NCBI GenBank assembly: GCA_965246715.1 | Contig: CBDFFH010000020.1 | Coordinates: 32,001-96,000, forward strand | DNA: 64,000 nucleotides | Reading direction: 5' to 3' | DNA from: Chamaesiphon sp. | GTDB lineage: Bacteria > Cyanobacteriota > Cyanobacteriia > Cyanobacteriales > Chamaesiphonaceae | The notes under the pieces: model-generated | Databases searched by the model: none | What the model was told of the DNA's origin: nothing | The model's input: the letters and a program-made list of their open reading frames with translations, nothing else | Shown here: positions 53,057 to 64,000 of the stretch, in pieces | How positions within the stretch are numbered: position 1 is the first letter of the stretch | Layout: each line of letters opens with the position of its first letter | Translations under genes and position numbers: made by a program

Positions 53057-53142
53057 CAAGACAGCAAGAACGTGATAATTTTCGGTGTTTAGGTTCGTTA
53101 GGGTATATACATGTTCGCTCTCAACCAAGGTAGCCAGCGATG
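53057..53142 (+). promoter_or_regulatory. Orphan copy of araC 3'-end / downstream leader
   Basis: caagacagcaagaacgtgataattttcggtgtttag..gttcgctctcaaccaag matches 50977-51046 and 54558-54644. Confidence 0.65.
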
Positions 53143-53628
53143 AATATAACTTCAACGACAAAATCCAGGCGGATAACAGGTAAACTGTTAATCTCTTTGG
53201 TGGCAGTATTTACCGCTGTAGCTCCATATCTAGCAGATTGGAATGTAACGCACATTTATAATCCGGCGTGGCCCCCACACGCTAAATTTCACAACGCACA
53301 AACTATGGTTTTGGGCACGATTCTCGGTTTTCTAACCATGTATTGTTTGTGGCTTAGAAAAGGGGTTACGCAACAGCAAAAGTTAAACGAAGCGGCGGTT
53401 TTGGCATCATTATATTGGTTGGCTCAATTACCTGCGACATTCTTTCCTGGAGTAGCGTTGGCTGACCCTGGAAAGAATCATACCCAAATGCCAGTCATAT
53501 TTGGTGTCGAACTTAACCAGCTAATCATGGATATTATCGTTATTTTTCCTTTGATTGCCGTTGGCTATTATTTGGAAAGTAAATCGCTTAAAAAGGCAGA
53601 AATTGCCAAAAACTTAAACATCACTTAA
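53140..53628 (+). CDS. DUF6640-like membrane protein
   Basis: ADWNVTHIYNPAWPPHAKFHNAQT. Confidence 0.8.
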   Translation: MNITSTTKSRRITGKLLISLVAVFTAVAPYLADWNVTHIYNPAWPPHAKFHNAQTMVLGTILGFLTMYCLWLRKGVTQQQKLNEAAVLASLYWLAQLPATFFPGVALADPGKNHTQMPVIFGVELNQLIMDIIVIFPLIAVGYYLESKSLKKAEIAKNLNIT

Positions 53629-53644
53629 ACATCAAAAAAACACT

Positions 53645-54559
53645 ATGAAACCAACAATTTTAGTAGCAGGCGGAACGGGTAATCTTGGCGAACGAATTAT
53701 TAAAGCCTTAATAAAAAGAGGGGCAGACGTTCGCGCGATCGTCCGTAACGGTAGCAAACCAGAAAAAATTGCCAAACTGACCGAACTCGGAGCGAAAGTA
53801 ATTACTGTCGATATGTCAGATGTCGAGCAGCTCAAACAAGCCTGTCAAGGTACATCGTGTGTGGTTTCGGCTTTAGCCGGATTGCATGAGACAATTGTTG
53901 ACTCGCAAATCAAATTGCTGGATGCAGCGATCGCCGCAGGTGTGCCACGCTTTATTCCTTCGGATTATTCTGCCGACTTTACCAAACTACCCGCAGGCGA
54001 CAACCGAAATTTCGATCTCCGCAAAGAGTTTCATCAATATCTGGACAAATCTTCGTTGGCGCAGCCTCCCGGAACGGGAATCGCTGCCACTTCGATTATG
54101 AACGGAGCTTTTGCCGATATCTTGAGCTATGGTACGCCAGTTTATAACGTGGAAAATTACAGCGTCGGTTATTGGGGTGATAAATCCGACTGGAAAATCG
54201 ACTTTACGACGATGGACGATACGGCAGATTATACCGCCGCCGCTGCGATCGATGCCTCAACACCAAGAATTTTACGGATTGCTAGTTTCCAAATTAGCCC
54301 AAATGAATTAGTGGCTGTTGGCACAGAAGTTAAAAAGACAGAATTCAAACTTATTCCAATGGGCAGTATGGAAGATTTTTCCGCCTCAAATAAACAAGAG
54401 CGATCGGCGAATCCAGCAGGAGAAAAAGAATTGTATCCAAGTTGGCAAGCCAAGCAATATTTACATAGTATGTTCAGCGTCCAAAACATACCACTAGATA
54501 ACGATCGTTATCCTGATGTCCAGTGGACGAGTGCATATGATGTGATTGCAAAAATTTAA
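53645..54559 (+). CDS. NmrA-family NAD(P)-binding protein
   Basis: VAGGTGNLG; RFIPSDY; in-frame 24-bp insertion at 54056-54079. Confidence 0.9.
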   Translation: MKPTILVAGGTGNLGERIIKALIKRGADVRAIVRNGSKPEKIAKLTELGAKVITVDMSDVEQLKQACQGTSCVVSALAGLHETIVDSQIKLLDAAIAAGVPRFIPSDYSADFTKLPAGDNRNFDLRKEFHQYLDKSSLAQPPGTGIAATSIMNGAFADILSYGTPVYNVENYSVGYWGDKSDWKIDFTTMDDTADYTAAAAIDASTPRILRIASFQISPNELVAVGTEVKKTEFKLIPMGSMEDFSASNKQERSANPAGEKELYPSWQAKQYLHSMFSVQNIPLDNDRYPDVQWTSAYDVIAKI

Positions 54560-54709
54560 GACAGCAAGAACATGATAACTTTTGATACTTGAATTTTTTA
54601 AGCTGTAAACAGGTTCGCTCTTAACCAAGATAGCCAGCGATGAATGTGACTTCAACGAATCTATAACAGAGCAGCCAAACGAGAACCAATCTTTAGCACA
54701 GAAATCTCT

Positions 54710-56178
54710 ATGAACCAGCAAACCCAGCGCACAATAAACGACCCTCGCCCGATTCTGATTGTCGGCGCAGGGCCAACGGGAATGACCGCAGCAATGGAAC
54801 TCTCCCGCTTTGGAGTTTCCGTTCGCATCGTGGATAAGCTGCTGACACCCTCAACCACATCTCGCGCCCTTGCCGTGCAAGCACGTACATTGGAACTTTT
54901 AGAGCAGCGGATGCCGATCCAGGAAATGCTCCAGATTGGCAATCAGGGCAAGGCAGCTACCATCTATGGAAATGGCAAATGCCTTGGGAAAGTACCCCTT
55001 GGAGAGATTAAGAGCCGTTACAACTACATCTTGCTCATCTCTCAGGGCGAGACGGAACGCATCTTACGGGAGCAACTCGATCGCCAGGGTGTGTCGATCG
55101 AGCGCGGTACAGAGATGGTCGATTTTTCTCAACTAGAGTCGTCCGCTCAGTCTGGGCTGAACGACGGTGTAAAGGCTGTACTCCGCAATAGCAAAGGGGA
55201 GCTTGAAGAACTTGAAGCAGCTTACCTGATTAGTGCCGAAGGCTCACACAGCACGGCTCGCCATCACCTAAATCTGACGACGAGCCGACTTTGGCAGAGC
55301 TGCAACAGCTCTACGATGCGGATTCGCACATCCCCGTTCGGCTGCGGGATCTGACTTGGAGTTCTCGGTTTCGGATTAATAGCCGGATGCTGCACACGCT
55401 GCGATCCGATCGGATTTTTTTTGGAGGCGATGCGGCACATATTCATAGTCCGGCTGGTGGGCAGGGGATGAACACTGGCATTCAAGACGCGATCGACTTG
55501 AGCTGGAAGCTGGCGATGGTTTGGCAAGGCAAAGCGACTCCAGAACTGCTGGACACGTACGAGGAAGAGCGACTTCCGCTCATTCGTAGTATTGTATCCA
55601 AAACAGAAGCCGCCACCGATGCACTCAACTCCAACAGTCCGATCGTGCATCAACTGATTACGTACATCGCGCCAGTTCTACTCAACACCCATTTCGTGCA
55701 GCAGCTAAGTACTGGACTCATCAGCGAGGTCGCGGCGAATTATCGGACAAGCTCGCTATCTCAAACTCAGCACGCTCGCGGCGATCTTCGGGCGGGCGAT
55801 CGATTACCAGACTTGGATGTACTAGTGTTGAGCCGCGATGCTTTGGACGACGCACAGCCCCACGGATCGCGCCTTTATAAACTCCTCGATCCGTCGCGCT
55901 TTACTCTGTTAGTAACAGATAGCGAAAGTACAATGAACCTCCCTCCAACCTGGGAGAATCGATTCAATCCTTGGCAGGAGTTTCTGAAACTACAACGCAT
56001 CGCGCCTGCCCTGACCCAACCGGAGGCAAAGGTTCAATTTGACAGTTCCTTTGGTAGGGGTCAGAGTCTTTTGCTCGTGAGACCCGACTCATATCTCGGT
56101 TTTGTTGGAGATTTGGATGCTTCATCAGCCCTGACAGCATGGCTCAGTCGATGGTTCCCCCCGACTGCAAATAGATAG
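54710..56178 (+). pseudogene. FAD-dependent monooxygenase (PheA/TfdB-like) with internal break near 55280
   Basis: VGAGPTG; GDAAHIHSPAGGQGMNTGIQDA; ..HHLNLT abuts EPTLAEL out of frame. Confidence 0.8.
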
Positions 56179-56508
56179 TAAAGACCTTTGGCGCGACATT
56201 AGTACCTGACCCATTCTGAACATCCGACTCAGTTACACCCTATTTACAAGGAGACTAAGAAAATGCCCGTTGCTTTAATCGATCCCTTTGTCGTTCCCGC
56301 AGACAATGAAGAAGAATTATCGTTAACCTTCAACTAGGAGATTCAAGATGACAGTAGAACACAAAAATGCAGCCAGGACATTTCTCGATCGCCAACACCT
56401 GTGATTGAAGGAACGAATGATGAAATCGATCGAGCTGAAACTATTTTGAAAACGCAAAATGTTCAGAGTTGGATAATTTTTTACACCATATAACAGGAGA
56501 TTTAAGCC

Positions 56509-56880
56509 ATGTTGAAGTTCACTGAAATGGATCGACAAATCACACTCCAGCAGCAACTGGAAGAAGAAGTTGGCCCTGTCATTCTGATTAACAAGTTCAA
56601 TGTTCCGCCCGAAGATGTCGATAAATTCGTTCAAGCTTGGGCGCACGACTGTAGTTATGTGAAGACGCAACTGGGGTTTATCTCCACACAGCTTCATCGG
56701 GGGATCGGTGAAAGTTGCACATTTATTAACTATGCCGTTTGGGAATCGGTGAAAGACTTTAAGCAAGCGTTCACCAGTCCAACGTTTCAATCGAATCTGA
56801 GCCTTTATCCATCCAGCCTGGAGACAGCACCGCATATCTTCCAAAAGGTTGCCGTGCCCAACGTTTGTGTAGGTTGTTAA
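56509..56880 (+). CDS. Antibiotic biosynthesis monooxygenase (ABM) family protein
   Basis: VILINKF..GFISTQLHRG..FINYAVWES. Confidence 0.88.
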   Translation: MLKFTEMDRQITLQQQLEEEVGPVILINKFNVPPEDVDKFVQAWAHDCSYVKTQLGFISTQLHRGIGESCTFINYAVWESVKDFKQAFTSPTFQSNLSLYPSSLETAPHIFQKVAVPNVCVGC

Positions 56881-56930
56881 ATCGCAGCATGGGAAGTACG
56901 TTAGGGGGCTGGAACAAATCAATTACACAT

Positions 56931-56983
56931 CCTGTGGGATGGGCATCTTGCCCGTCCGGGCGAGTGAGGACACCCACCCCACA
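56931..56983. repeat. REP-like palindromic element
   Basis: tgtgggatgggcatcttgcccgtcc..ggacacccaccccaca. Confidence 0.5.
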
Positions 56984-57040
56984 ATTAATTCAGTCCACCT
57001 ACTTAATTACGATGTCTTTATCATCACGCAGGAAAAATCT

Positions 57041-57511
57041 ATGTCTCCCGAACTCCTTCACACGCTTAAAGTTTACAGTCAGTTCGTTCATCCCGCTTTG
57101 ATGTGGGTACTGTTTGCGCTCACAATTTACGCTTTTTATCTCGGCATCCAATGGCGGCGGGCGCGGAGTGCAGAAGGCGACCTTAAAAAAGAACTGCTCA
57201 AAGGTCGATTCAACATCAAACACTATCAAATCGGCTCGATCGTGCTGGCATTGATGGTCTTAGGCTCGATCGGCGCAATGGGTGCGACCTATATCAACAG
57301 CGGTAAGCTATTTGTTGCCCCTCATCTGCTGCTCGGATTGGGAATGACTGGGCTAATTGCAGTCTCGGCATCACTTTCACCATTCATGCAGAAAGGTCAG
57401 GACTGGGCACGATACAGCCACATTTTTATCAATGTGGTCATCACTGGGCTGTTTGGCTATCAAGCGTTAAGCGGAATTACCATTGTGCAGAACATCATTA
57501 AGCGGATGTAG
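57041..57511 (+). CDS. DUF4079-family membrane protein
   Basis: FVHPALMW; HYQIGS; PHLLLGL; ARYSH. Confidence 0.85.
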   Translation: MSPELLHTLKVYSQFVHPALMWVLFALTIYAFYLGIQWRRARSAEGDLKKELLKGRFNIKHYQIGSIVLALMVLGSIGAMGATYINSGKLFVAPHLLLGLGMTGLIAVSASLSPFMQKGQDWARYSHIFINVVITGLFGYQALSGITIVQNIIKRM

Positions 57512-59243
57512 TTTAGGACAATGGTTCGGAGTGTATCCGAAATCAAAGGCGAAGTTGAACGTCATACCGCATCATTGGATCGATTCTTACCACGATCGAG
57601 AAACTAAATCATGAATAATCAGCTTATCGACGAGACAACCAATCATTTCTACCAACTGGCTTGGCGAGAAGTCCAGCTCCCAATGCGAGATGGCTCCTAT
57701 CTCGCTGCTAATCTCTACCAGCCTGATCGCCCAGGTCAGTTCCCAGTCATCATGTCGATGTGTCCCTATGGCAAGGATCTACACTTTACAGAATTCGCAC
57801 CGAAGAATCCGACAATCAAGGTCGAGTACGCACATTCACAGGACAAGGGGCCACTACTAGCCTGGGAGACACCCAATCCAGAGTTTTGGGTGCCTCAAGG
57901 TTATGCCATACTACGGATCGACGAGCGCGGAATCGGTCGATCGCCGGGTAAGCTCGACATTCTCTCCGAGAGCCTGAAAGAGGACTACTACGATGCCGTG
58001 GAATGGGCAGGAACGCAGGAATGGTCAACTGGCAAGGTGGGTCTGCTGGGCATTTCCTATCTAGCTATGAGCCAATGGGCTGTCGCTTCTTTGCACCCGC
58101 CACATCTTACCTGCATGATTCCCTGGGAGGGCACAGTCGATTATTATGCCGAGTTTACTTATCCCGGCGGTATGCTGGCGAACGGCTTCATCGATTTCTG
58201 GTGGAAGAACGGCGTTCTGTCCAACCAGTACAATCCTGATGGCACGATGAGTGAGGAGGAATTACGTAACAATCGCGTCGAGTTTCCCGAATTTGCCCGT
58301 CATCATCCGCTGCGGACAAAGGCTTGGACAGATCGATCGGGAGACATATCGAAAATTGAAGTCCCATTCCTCTCAGCCAGCAACTGGTTTAGTGCTGGTA
58401 TCCACACGCGCGGTAATTTCCTGGCATTCCAAAATGCCCCATCGCCACATAAGTGGCTTGAGGTACACGTCGGCAGCCATGTTGGCGAGTTCTACACCGT
58501 GGAGGGCCGCGAATTGCAGAAGAAGTTTTTAGATTACTGGCTCAAAGGCATTGACACTGGTTTGATGAAAGAGCCGCGTGTCAAGCTAGCAATCCCTACT
58601 GGCGGAAGCAGCTTTACTTGGCGATATGAAAATGAGTACCCACTAGCCCGTACCGAGTGGCGAAAACTTCATTTGAACGCATCTAGCCGAGTGCTTGTGT
58701 CGGCACAGCCTGAGATCGCAACAACTGCTGGCTTCTCAGGCGACAAAGAGGGCGAATCCCGCGATTGGGGCAAGCCCTACCTGACAAAGCAATTCTTCAA
58801 AGAGGAGGATAGCAGCAAGCGCGTTCTGTTCGAGACTACACCATTCGATCGCAAAACAGAGATCCTCGGCCCAATTAAGCTACAACTTTGGGCTTCGACC
58901 TCAACTAACGACATGGATATCTTTGTTTCACTCAGACATATCGATGCTGAAGGACGGGAGATCGTTAACGAGGGATCGAATGCGAAGAACTATCCCATCA
59001 GCCAAGGCTGGTTGAAAGCTTCGCTACGCAAACTCGATCCTGTGAGAAGCACGGATTGGAAACCCTATTACAGCCCACATTCCGCACTTCAATTTTAACG
59101 ACAGACACTTAGACTTATTTATTACTTATTCGACAAATAAATACGTAATTAAAAGACGAAATCAGAACAGTCTCCATACTACAACCGAAGCAGTGATTTA
59201 GTGATAAAATTATGGTTAAAACTCCCATTAACTTTATCAACAA

Positions 59244-61076
59244 ATGAATTATAAATTAGAAGAGATTGAGATTAAAAATCTAGACCATTTAGGGATAGTA
59301 GCTGGAATTATAGATGAAATAGGAATTGTAGAAAAAGTAAATGAATTATTAGGGACAGATTCTAGAGAAAAGATTAATTGTGGAGAAGTTGTTAAAGCAA
59401 TTATTTTAAATGGGCTGGGATTTGTTGCACAACCATTATACTTATTTTCAAATTTCTTCAAAGATAAAGCTGTAGAACATTTATTAGGAGCAGGAGTCAA
59501 AGCAGAGGAATTGAATGATGACAAACTCGGAAGAGTGATGGATAAGTTATATAAATATGGGCTGAATAATATTTTTTTGATTATTGGTTTGTCAGTAATT
59601 AACGTCAGTTCGGGATAAGTATATCCACTTAATCACTCCTAGCTTCGTTGCTGAACCGCCCTCAAATGAATTTGGGGCTAACAGCAAAAGTTCTCTGAAG
59701 AGAACTGCCAAATCAGTTAGTTCGTTTCAACGAACTTTTGCTGTTAGCCCGAACTTCTAGTTCAGGGCGGTGGTTGCGCGAAGCAGATCGGTTCTCCTTA
59801 ACCCGAACTCACGTTAATTAAGAAATACAAAATATCAACTAAGTATTCTCATTTAGATTCAACTTCATTTCATTTGCATGGACAATACAATAATCGAGAG
59901 CGTGATGAAACGGAAGAACAGAGATTAGAGGTAACTAGAGAAAATCCAATATTTATTACAGAAGGATACTCAAGAGACCACCGACCAGATCTCAAACAGT
60001 GTGTACTAGATCTAATAGTGAGTAGTGATGGAGATATCCCAATATTTATTAGAGGAGGTTCGGGGAATGAGTCAGACAAAGCAATGTTTGGAAGAATATT
60101 AGTCGAGTACTCACAGCAAGCAGATTTTGAGAGTATCATGATAGCGGATAGTGCTTTATACAGTGCAAAAAATCTAATATTAATCAAAGATTTAAAATGG
60201 ATAAGCCGAGTACCATTATCGATAAATAAAGCAAAAGATTTAGTTAGAACAGTAAAAAGTGAAAGCCTGAAAGATAGTAGCAGCAAAGGTTGTCGGTATT
60301 CGTCATCACAAGTGATATATGGAGGGATAGAACAAAGATGGATGATAGTAGAAAGCGAGGAAAGAAAGAAATCAGATTTAAAGAAAATACTCGATCGCCT
60401 AGAAAAAGAAGCAGAGAAAGCTAGCAAGGAAATCAACAAAATAATCAAGCTAGAATTTGAGCAGGTATCATTAGCACTGACAGCAATCGAACAGATTCAA
60501 GCTAAGTTAAAGTATCATCAAATAGTTCAAATTGAAACTTTCAGTAAAGTCAACAAAAAAGGACAAGAAATTCATACCGTTACCTGTAGATCGATCGAAA
60601 ACAAAGAACTAGTTGATGACATCAAAAATCAAGCTGGAAAATTTATACTGGCAACTAACATACTAAGCGAAACTGAATTAGAAACTTCGGAAATATTAAC
60701 TGTATATAAGCAGCAGCAATCCTGCGAAAGAGGATTTAGATTTCTCAAAAATCCATTGTTTTTTGCAGACAGCCTATTTGTCAAAAATCCCGAAAGAGTA
60801 GAAACAATGATGATGCTGATGGGATTAAGTCTTTTAGTGTATACAATTGGACAGAGACAAATCAGGAATGGTCTGAAAGCCAGAAAATCTTCAGTAAAAA
60901 ATCAATTGAATAAAGCAACAGATCGACCAGCTCTAAGATGGATATTCCAGTGTTTTCAAGGAATTCATTACTTTCAGCTTGACGAGATTGAAAGAATTAG
61001 TAATTTGACTGAAGAGCGGTGCCGAATTCTAGAGTTTTTACCTGAAGCTTGTCAAAAATACTATTTAGCTAACTGA
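59244..61076 (+). pseudogene. IS1634 transposase interrupted by a MITE
   Basis: NLDHLGIVAG; GYSRDHRPDLKQ; ERGFRFLK. Confidence 0.9.
59602..59814. mobile_element. 213-bp MITE with long internal inverted repeat
   Basis: TIR acgtcagttcgggataag / cttaacccgaactcacgt; TAATTA on both sides; removal restores ..SVIKKYKIS.. Confidence 0.85.
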
Positions 61077-61768
61077 ATTTTATCATGATGTATTAAAGAG
61101 ATTCATTGTTGCAACCACTATTGAATATTTCCGACCAATTAGTTTTTAAAGATCGGCAAAGACTAGAAAATTGTCATGCTCATTCGAGCGAGTTTTTGAT
61201 ATTGCAAATGTCACGAATATACTTCCAGGTTGATTTTAGCTATGGATTGCTTTTCGTAAAAATTGAAGTGCGGAATGTGGGTTACAGCTTCGACGAGGTT
61301 GAGGAACTAAAGCCAGATACACCGTACCTGCTTGAAATCGAGCTTTGGGATGCGGCAATCGTCATACCACAGGGTCATTCACTTTTGCTAGAGATCGGCA
61401 GCCAGAATCAGAGTGGCTGTGGACTCACCATTCAGACGGCTGATGACCGAGCTTGGGACGCTGATGTCACAGTCCACACTGGCGGCGAATTTGACAGCCA
61501 CCTGCTGCTGCCCATCATTCCGGCAAGCACCAAGTAGTTTAGAGCAATGACCTATTGTTGCAACCGGGCGCGACCACCTTTGATGCTCTGTAAATCTAAC
61601 CGAGCGCGTACAGCACCTTCACTCATAAAGCGGCTCGCGATGCCCATCCGAACCGACCGCCAAGGCACTGTTCGCGAATGTAGACGAGCCATTTACCCAC
61701 ATGCTAGAGATTGTTCAGATAATAATATCCGATCGGATGTCAGCCACTACCTTGATTGAGGATTAATA

Positions 61769-62233
61769 ATGTCTCGCGAATACATTTTATGGATTGCCAC
61801 CGTCGCCTACGGACTCCACATGCTAGAGGAGTACGAGTACAACTGGCGAGACTGGGTAGGTCGGGTACTGAAGCTGCAAGTCGAGTGGAACGAATTCTAC
61901 CTGGTTAATGCCTTCGTTATCGTTCTGGGCGTATGCTGCGCGGCGATCGGCTGGCGTAAACCAGCGATGGCTCTGTCCTTTCCAGCCTTCATGCTCGTTA
62001 ACGCGACTTTGTTCCACATCGCTCCGGTGCTGGTCACTCGCATCTTCTCACCAGGATTGTTCACTGCCACTGTTCTTTTTGTGCCAATTGCAGTGTGGGC
62101 TTACTACGGAGCATGGCAGGACGGCGTACTAAAGCCGAGCAGCGGGATTGTTTCCGGTGTGTTGGGATTTCTCATGATGATGTTCCCGATCGTGCTGCAA
62201 GTCACCAAACGGCTACCATTTTTTGGTCAGTAG
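61769..62233 (+). CDS. HXXEE-domain membrane protein
   Basis: LHMLEE; FSPGLFTA. Confidence 0.88.
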   Translation: MSREYILWIATVAYGLHMLEEYEYNWRDWVGRVLKLQVEWNEFYLVNAFVIVLGVCCAAIGWRKPAMALSFPAFMLVNATLFHIAPVLVTRIFSPGLFTATVLFVPIAVWAYYGAWQDGVLKPSSGIVSGVLGFLMMMFPIVLQVTKRLPFFGQ

Positions 62234-62268
62234 GGGCTTTACCGTTTAGAAAATCAAAGAGGTGTAAC

Positions 62269-62352
62269 ATGAAATTAACTGGAAAAATAGCAGTTGTAAC
62301 TGGAGCCAGTCGCGGAATCGGTAAAGCGATCGTTACCAGACTAGCTGTAGAA
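62269..62352 (+). pseudogene. SDR N-terminal fragment
   Basis: MKLTGKIAVVTGASRGIGKAI, truncated. Confidence 0.75.
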
Positions 62353-62589
62353 GCAAGTTCGGTATAACGAACTGTATGTTGAATATTGTTATGCCCCAGG
62401 TAACTCTGAATTGTCCGAGTATCAATACCGCGATTAGCCAGATAATAACCCGTTCCATGCCGCAGCATATGGGCATGAACAGGCATTGGTAAAGCAGCCA
62501 ACTCTCCAGCCCGCTCAACAATGCCACCGACGGTATCATGCGCTAACGGCCCAGATCGCGAAGACTGAAAAACATAGGGACTGGGCGGA
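62348..62589 (-). pseudogene. FimB/FimE-like tyrosine recombinase C-terminal fragment
   Basis: SPYVF..HAHMLRHGTGYYLANRGIDTRTIQSYLGHNNIQHTVRYT. Confidence 0.85.
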
Positions 62590-63894
62590 GGCTCTCTCGT
62601 AGTTAAGGTTATAACTTAAACTTATTAAAGCAATCGGAGCGCAGCGGAGATTACTTTAATAAGCAAGCTAACAGTTTTTCTCTCATGAGACTAAAGCTCT
62701 TAAATCCATAGCTTTGACGCATAATTAATTTGATTTTTGTATTAATTCCCTTTGTGACACCACTTGTGGTTCTACTGAGAAAGTAATTAGCAATTTCTGG
62801 CAAATGATTTTCCAATGTATTTGCTGCACTTCCAAGTATAACTTTAGCAGAAACCAACCATTTTTTGATTGCCTTCAATCCGCCTTTAACAGTCAGATTA
62901 CTTTCATATATGTCTCGCAGATCTTCTTTTAATTTGTAAGCTATACTCAGCAAGGGAGATTGAGCTAACAATTCAGACAAATCCTGGCTTCCTTGCTCTG
63001 ACAAAGACTGATTATTGCTTAATAACAAGTAGCGATTTTTCAACCCTTTTAAATCTAGAACGAGTCGAAGTTTGTTGAGAGATTTGTTAACCAATTTCAT
63101 CACATGAAATCTATCGATTATAATCGCTGCATTCGGAAAAACTTCCTTAATTACTTTTGGAAATCCGCCCCACATATCTACGCACACTTCTTTCACTGAA
63201 TCTCTAACAGCATCAGGTTGCTGCTTGAGCGTAGTTATTATATCGTCACTTTTATGGGAATCAATTACTTCTAATAAAGAACTTCGATCTAAGTCAACAA
63301 GAACTGTAGCAAATCGCCCTTTCCCTTTCCGACGACTAAACTCATCTAAGCTCAATCTTTGTGGAGTACCCCAATCTTTTTTTTTAATTCTCTGCTGGCA
63401 ATCCTGCTAAATATTCGCGCTCATCTGGTCTATACTTAAATTCTCCCTACGACCAACTTGCTCACAACTTGATTCTTTGCGTTGCGGGTCACCCGCCACG
63501 CTGACTCTCTCATAGATATATTCTTGGTATCTTTGAGTAAATCTTTGTCTATTTTCTACCCATGCTAGTTGCTCAGTTGGATATTTTTGGCAGTTATTAC
63601 AATAAAATTTACGTCTAGGAACTTTTAAATATACTCAACTCTCCAGTAATTGATAAGTCTCTAATTAATATGTGACTATTTTGATGAACTACATCTGTAT
63701 AATTCTGACAATTGGGGCAATTAATACCTTCGTTAGTTAGTTGTAAATGGAGAAATATAAATCCAGCTTCTTTATCGCAAGTGAAAACGGTGGTATTCGC
63801 TAAGTTTAATAAAGCGTTCAGGTGAAAATCCATATCCAGGAGCAGTGTAAAATGTAGCTGTCGCTACATTTTACACTGTTTAGCGGAGAGAGCC
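62590..63894 (-). mobile_element. ISL3-family element, transposase frameshifted (62651-63833)
   Basis: Ends ggctctctc / gagagagcc; SLDEFS..VDMW..IDRFHV..GINTKIK..YGF; no matching target duplication. Confidence 0.88.
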
Positions 63895-64000
63895 AAAGGG
63901 GATGAGTGAAGAACGGAGTTTGACACAATCGATCGCAGTTTGTAACCGCTCGAAGTTTTCATGATTTTGTCATGTCGATCGATCCAATCTAGGATCGATC

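Larger units (their letters stand above)
59074..61281 (+). mobile_element. IS1634-family insertion sequence
   Basis: TIR cccacattccgcacttcaatttt / aaaattgaagtgcggaatgtggg; 6-bp target duplication TTACAG. Confidence 0.92.
57611..61537 (+). pseudogene. CocE/NonD-family hydrolase split by IS1634
   Basis: MRDG..LAANLY; GISYLA; C-terminal part resumes YSFDEVEEL.. at 61282. Confidence 0.9.

Noticed and set aside
61106..61281. N-terminal part of ORF 61106-61537
   Set aside because: Read-through from the IS1634 right end; only the part after 61282 is the CocE C-terminus.
62581..62602. ggcggaggctctctcg as another mini-insertion
   Set aside because: Explained by the ISL3 terminal repeat (ggctctctc) abutting the integrase fragment.
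1..64000. Very frequent GCGATCGC / CGATCG words
   Set aside because: Known HIP1 over-representation in cyanobacteria; used only as a taxonomic clue.

Overview
Segment of a cyanobacterial plasmid or plasmid-derived element. It is very rich in HIP1 GCGATCGC and CGATCG words; a Chamaesiphon-like host is an inference only. Layout from left to right: (i) 0.2-3.8 kb, minus-strand genes for mostly secreted proteins. (ii) 4.2-19.3 kb, a co-oriented plus-strand block that looks like a conjugative leading region: an ssb broken by a MITE, a DUF5895-like protein ending in an SSB-type DEIPF tail, a Zn-finger/Toprim primase-like gene, DUF932 cut by IS5, vWA, and a methyltransferase/strawberry-notch helicase. 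Its first five genes share a repeated upstream motif. (iii) 19.3-26.3 kb, the backbone: a ParM/StbA operon divergent from mobC-relaxase across a probable oriT/parC region, then parAB bracketed by identical palindromes. (iv) 26.4-35.9 kb, hypothetical genes punctuated by three copies of an 11-N18-11 inverted-repeat site, ending in a tyrosine recombinase. (v) 35.9-62.4 kb, a decaying detoxification/redox cargo (NmrA, SDR, ADH, hydrolases, class A beta-lactamase, three AraC paralogues whose 3' ends recur as upstream elements). It is invaded by IS1634, ISL3, a MITE and tiny 17-25 bp CG^ATCG-targeting insertions, about ten of which occur across the whole window. Many 1-bp frameshifts may be sequencing errors. 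No CRISPR array, rRNA or tRNA was seen.
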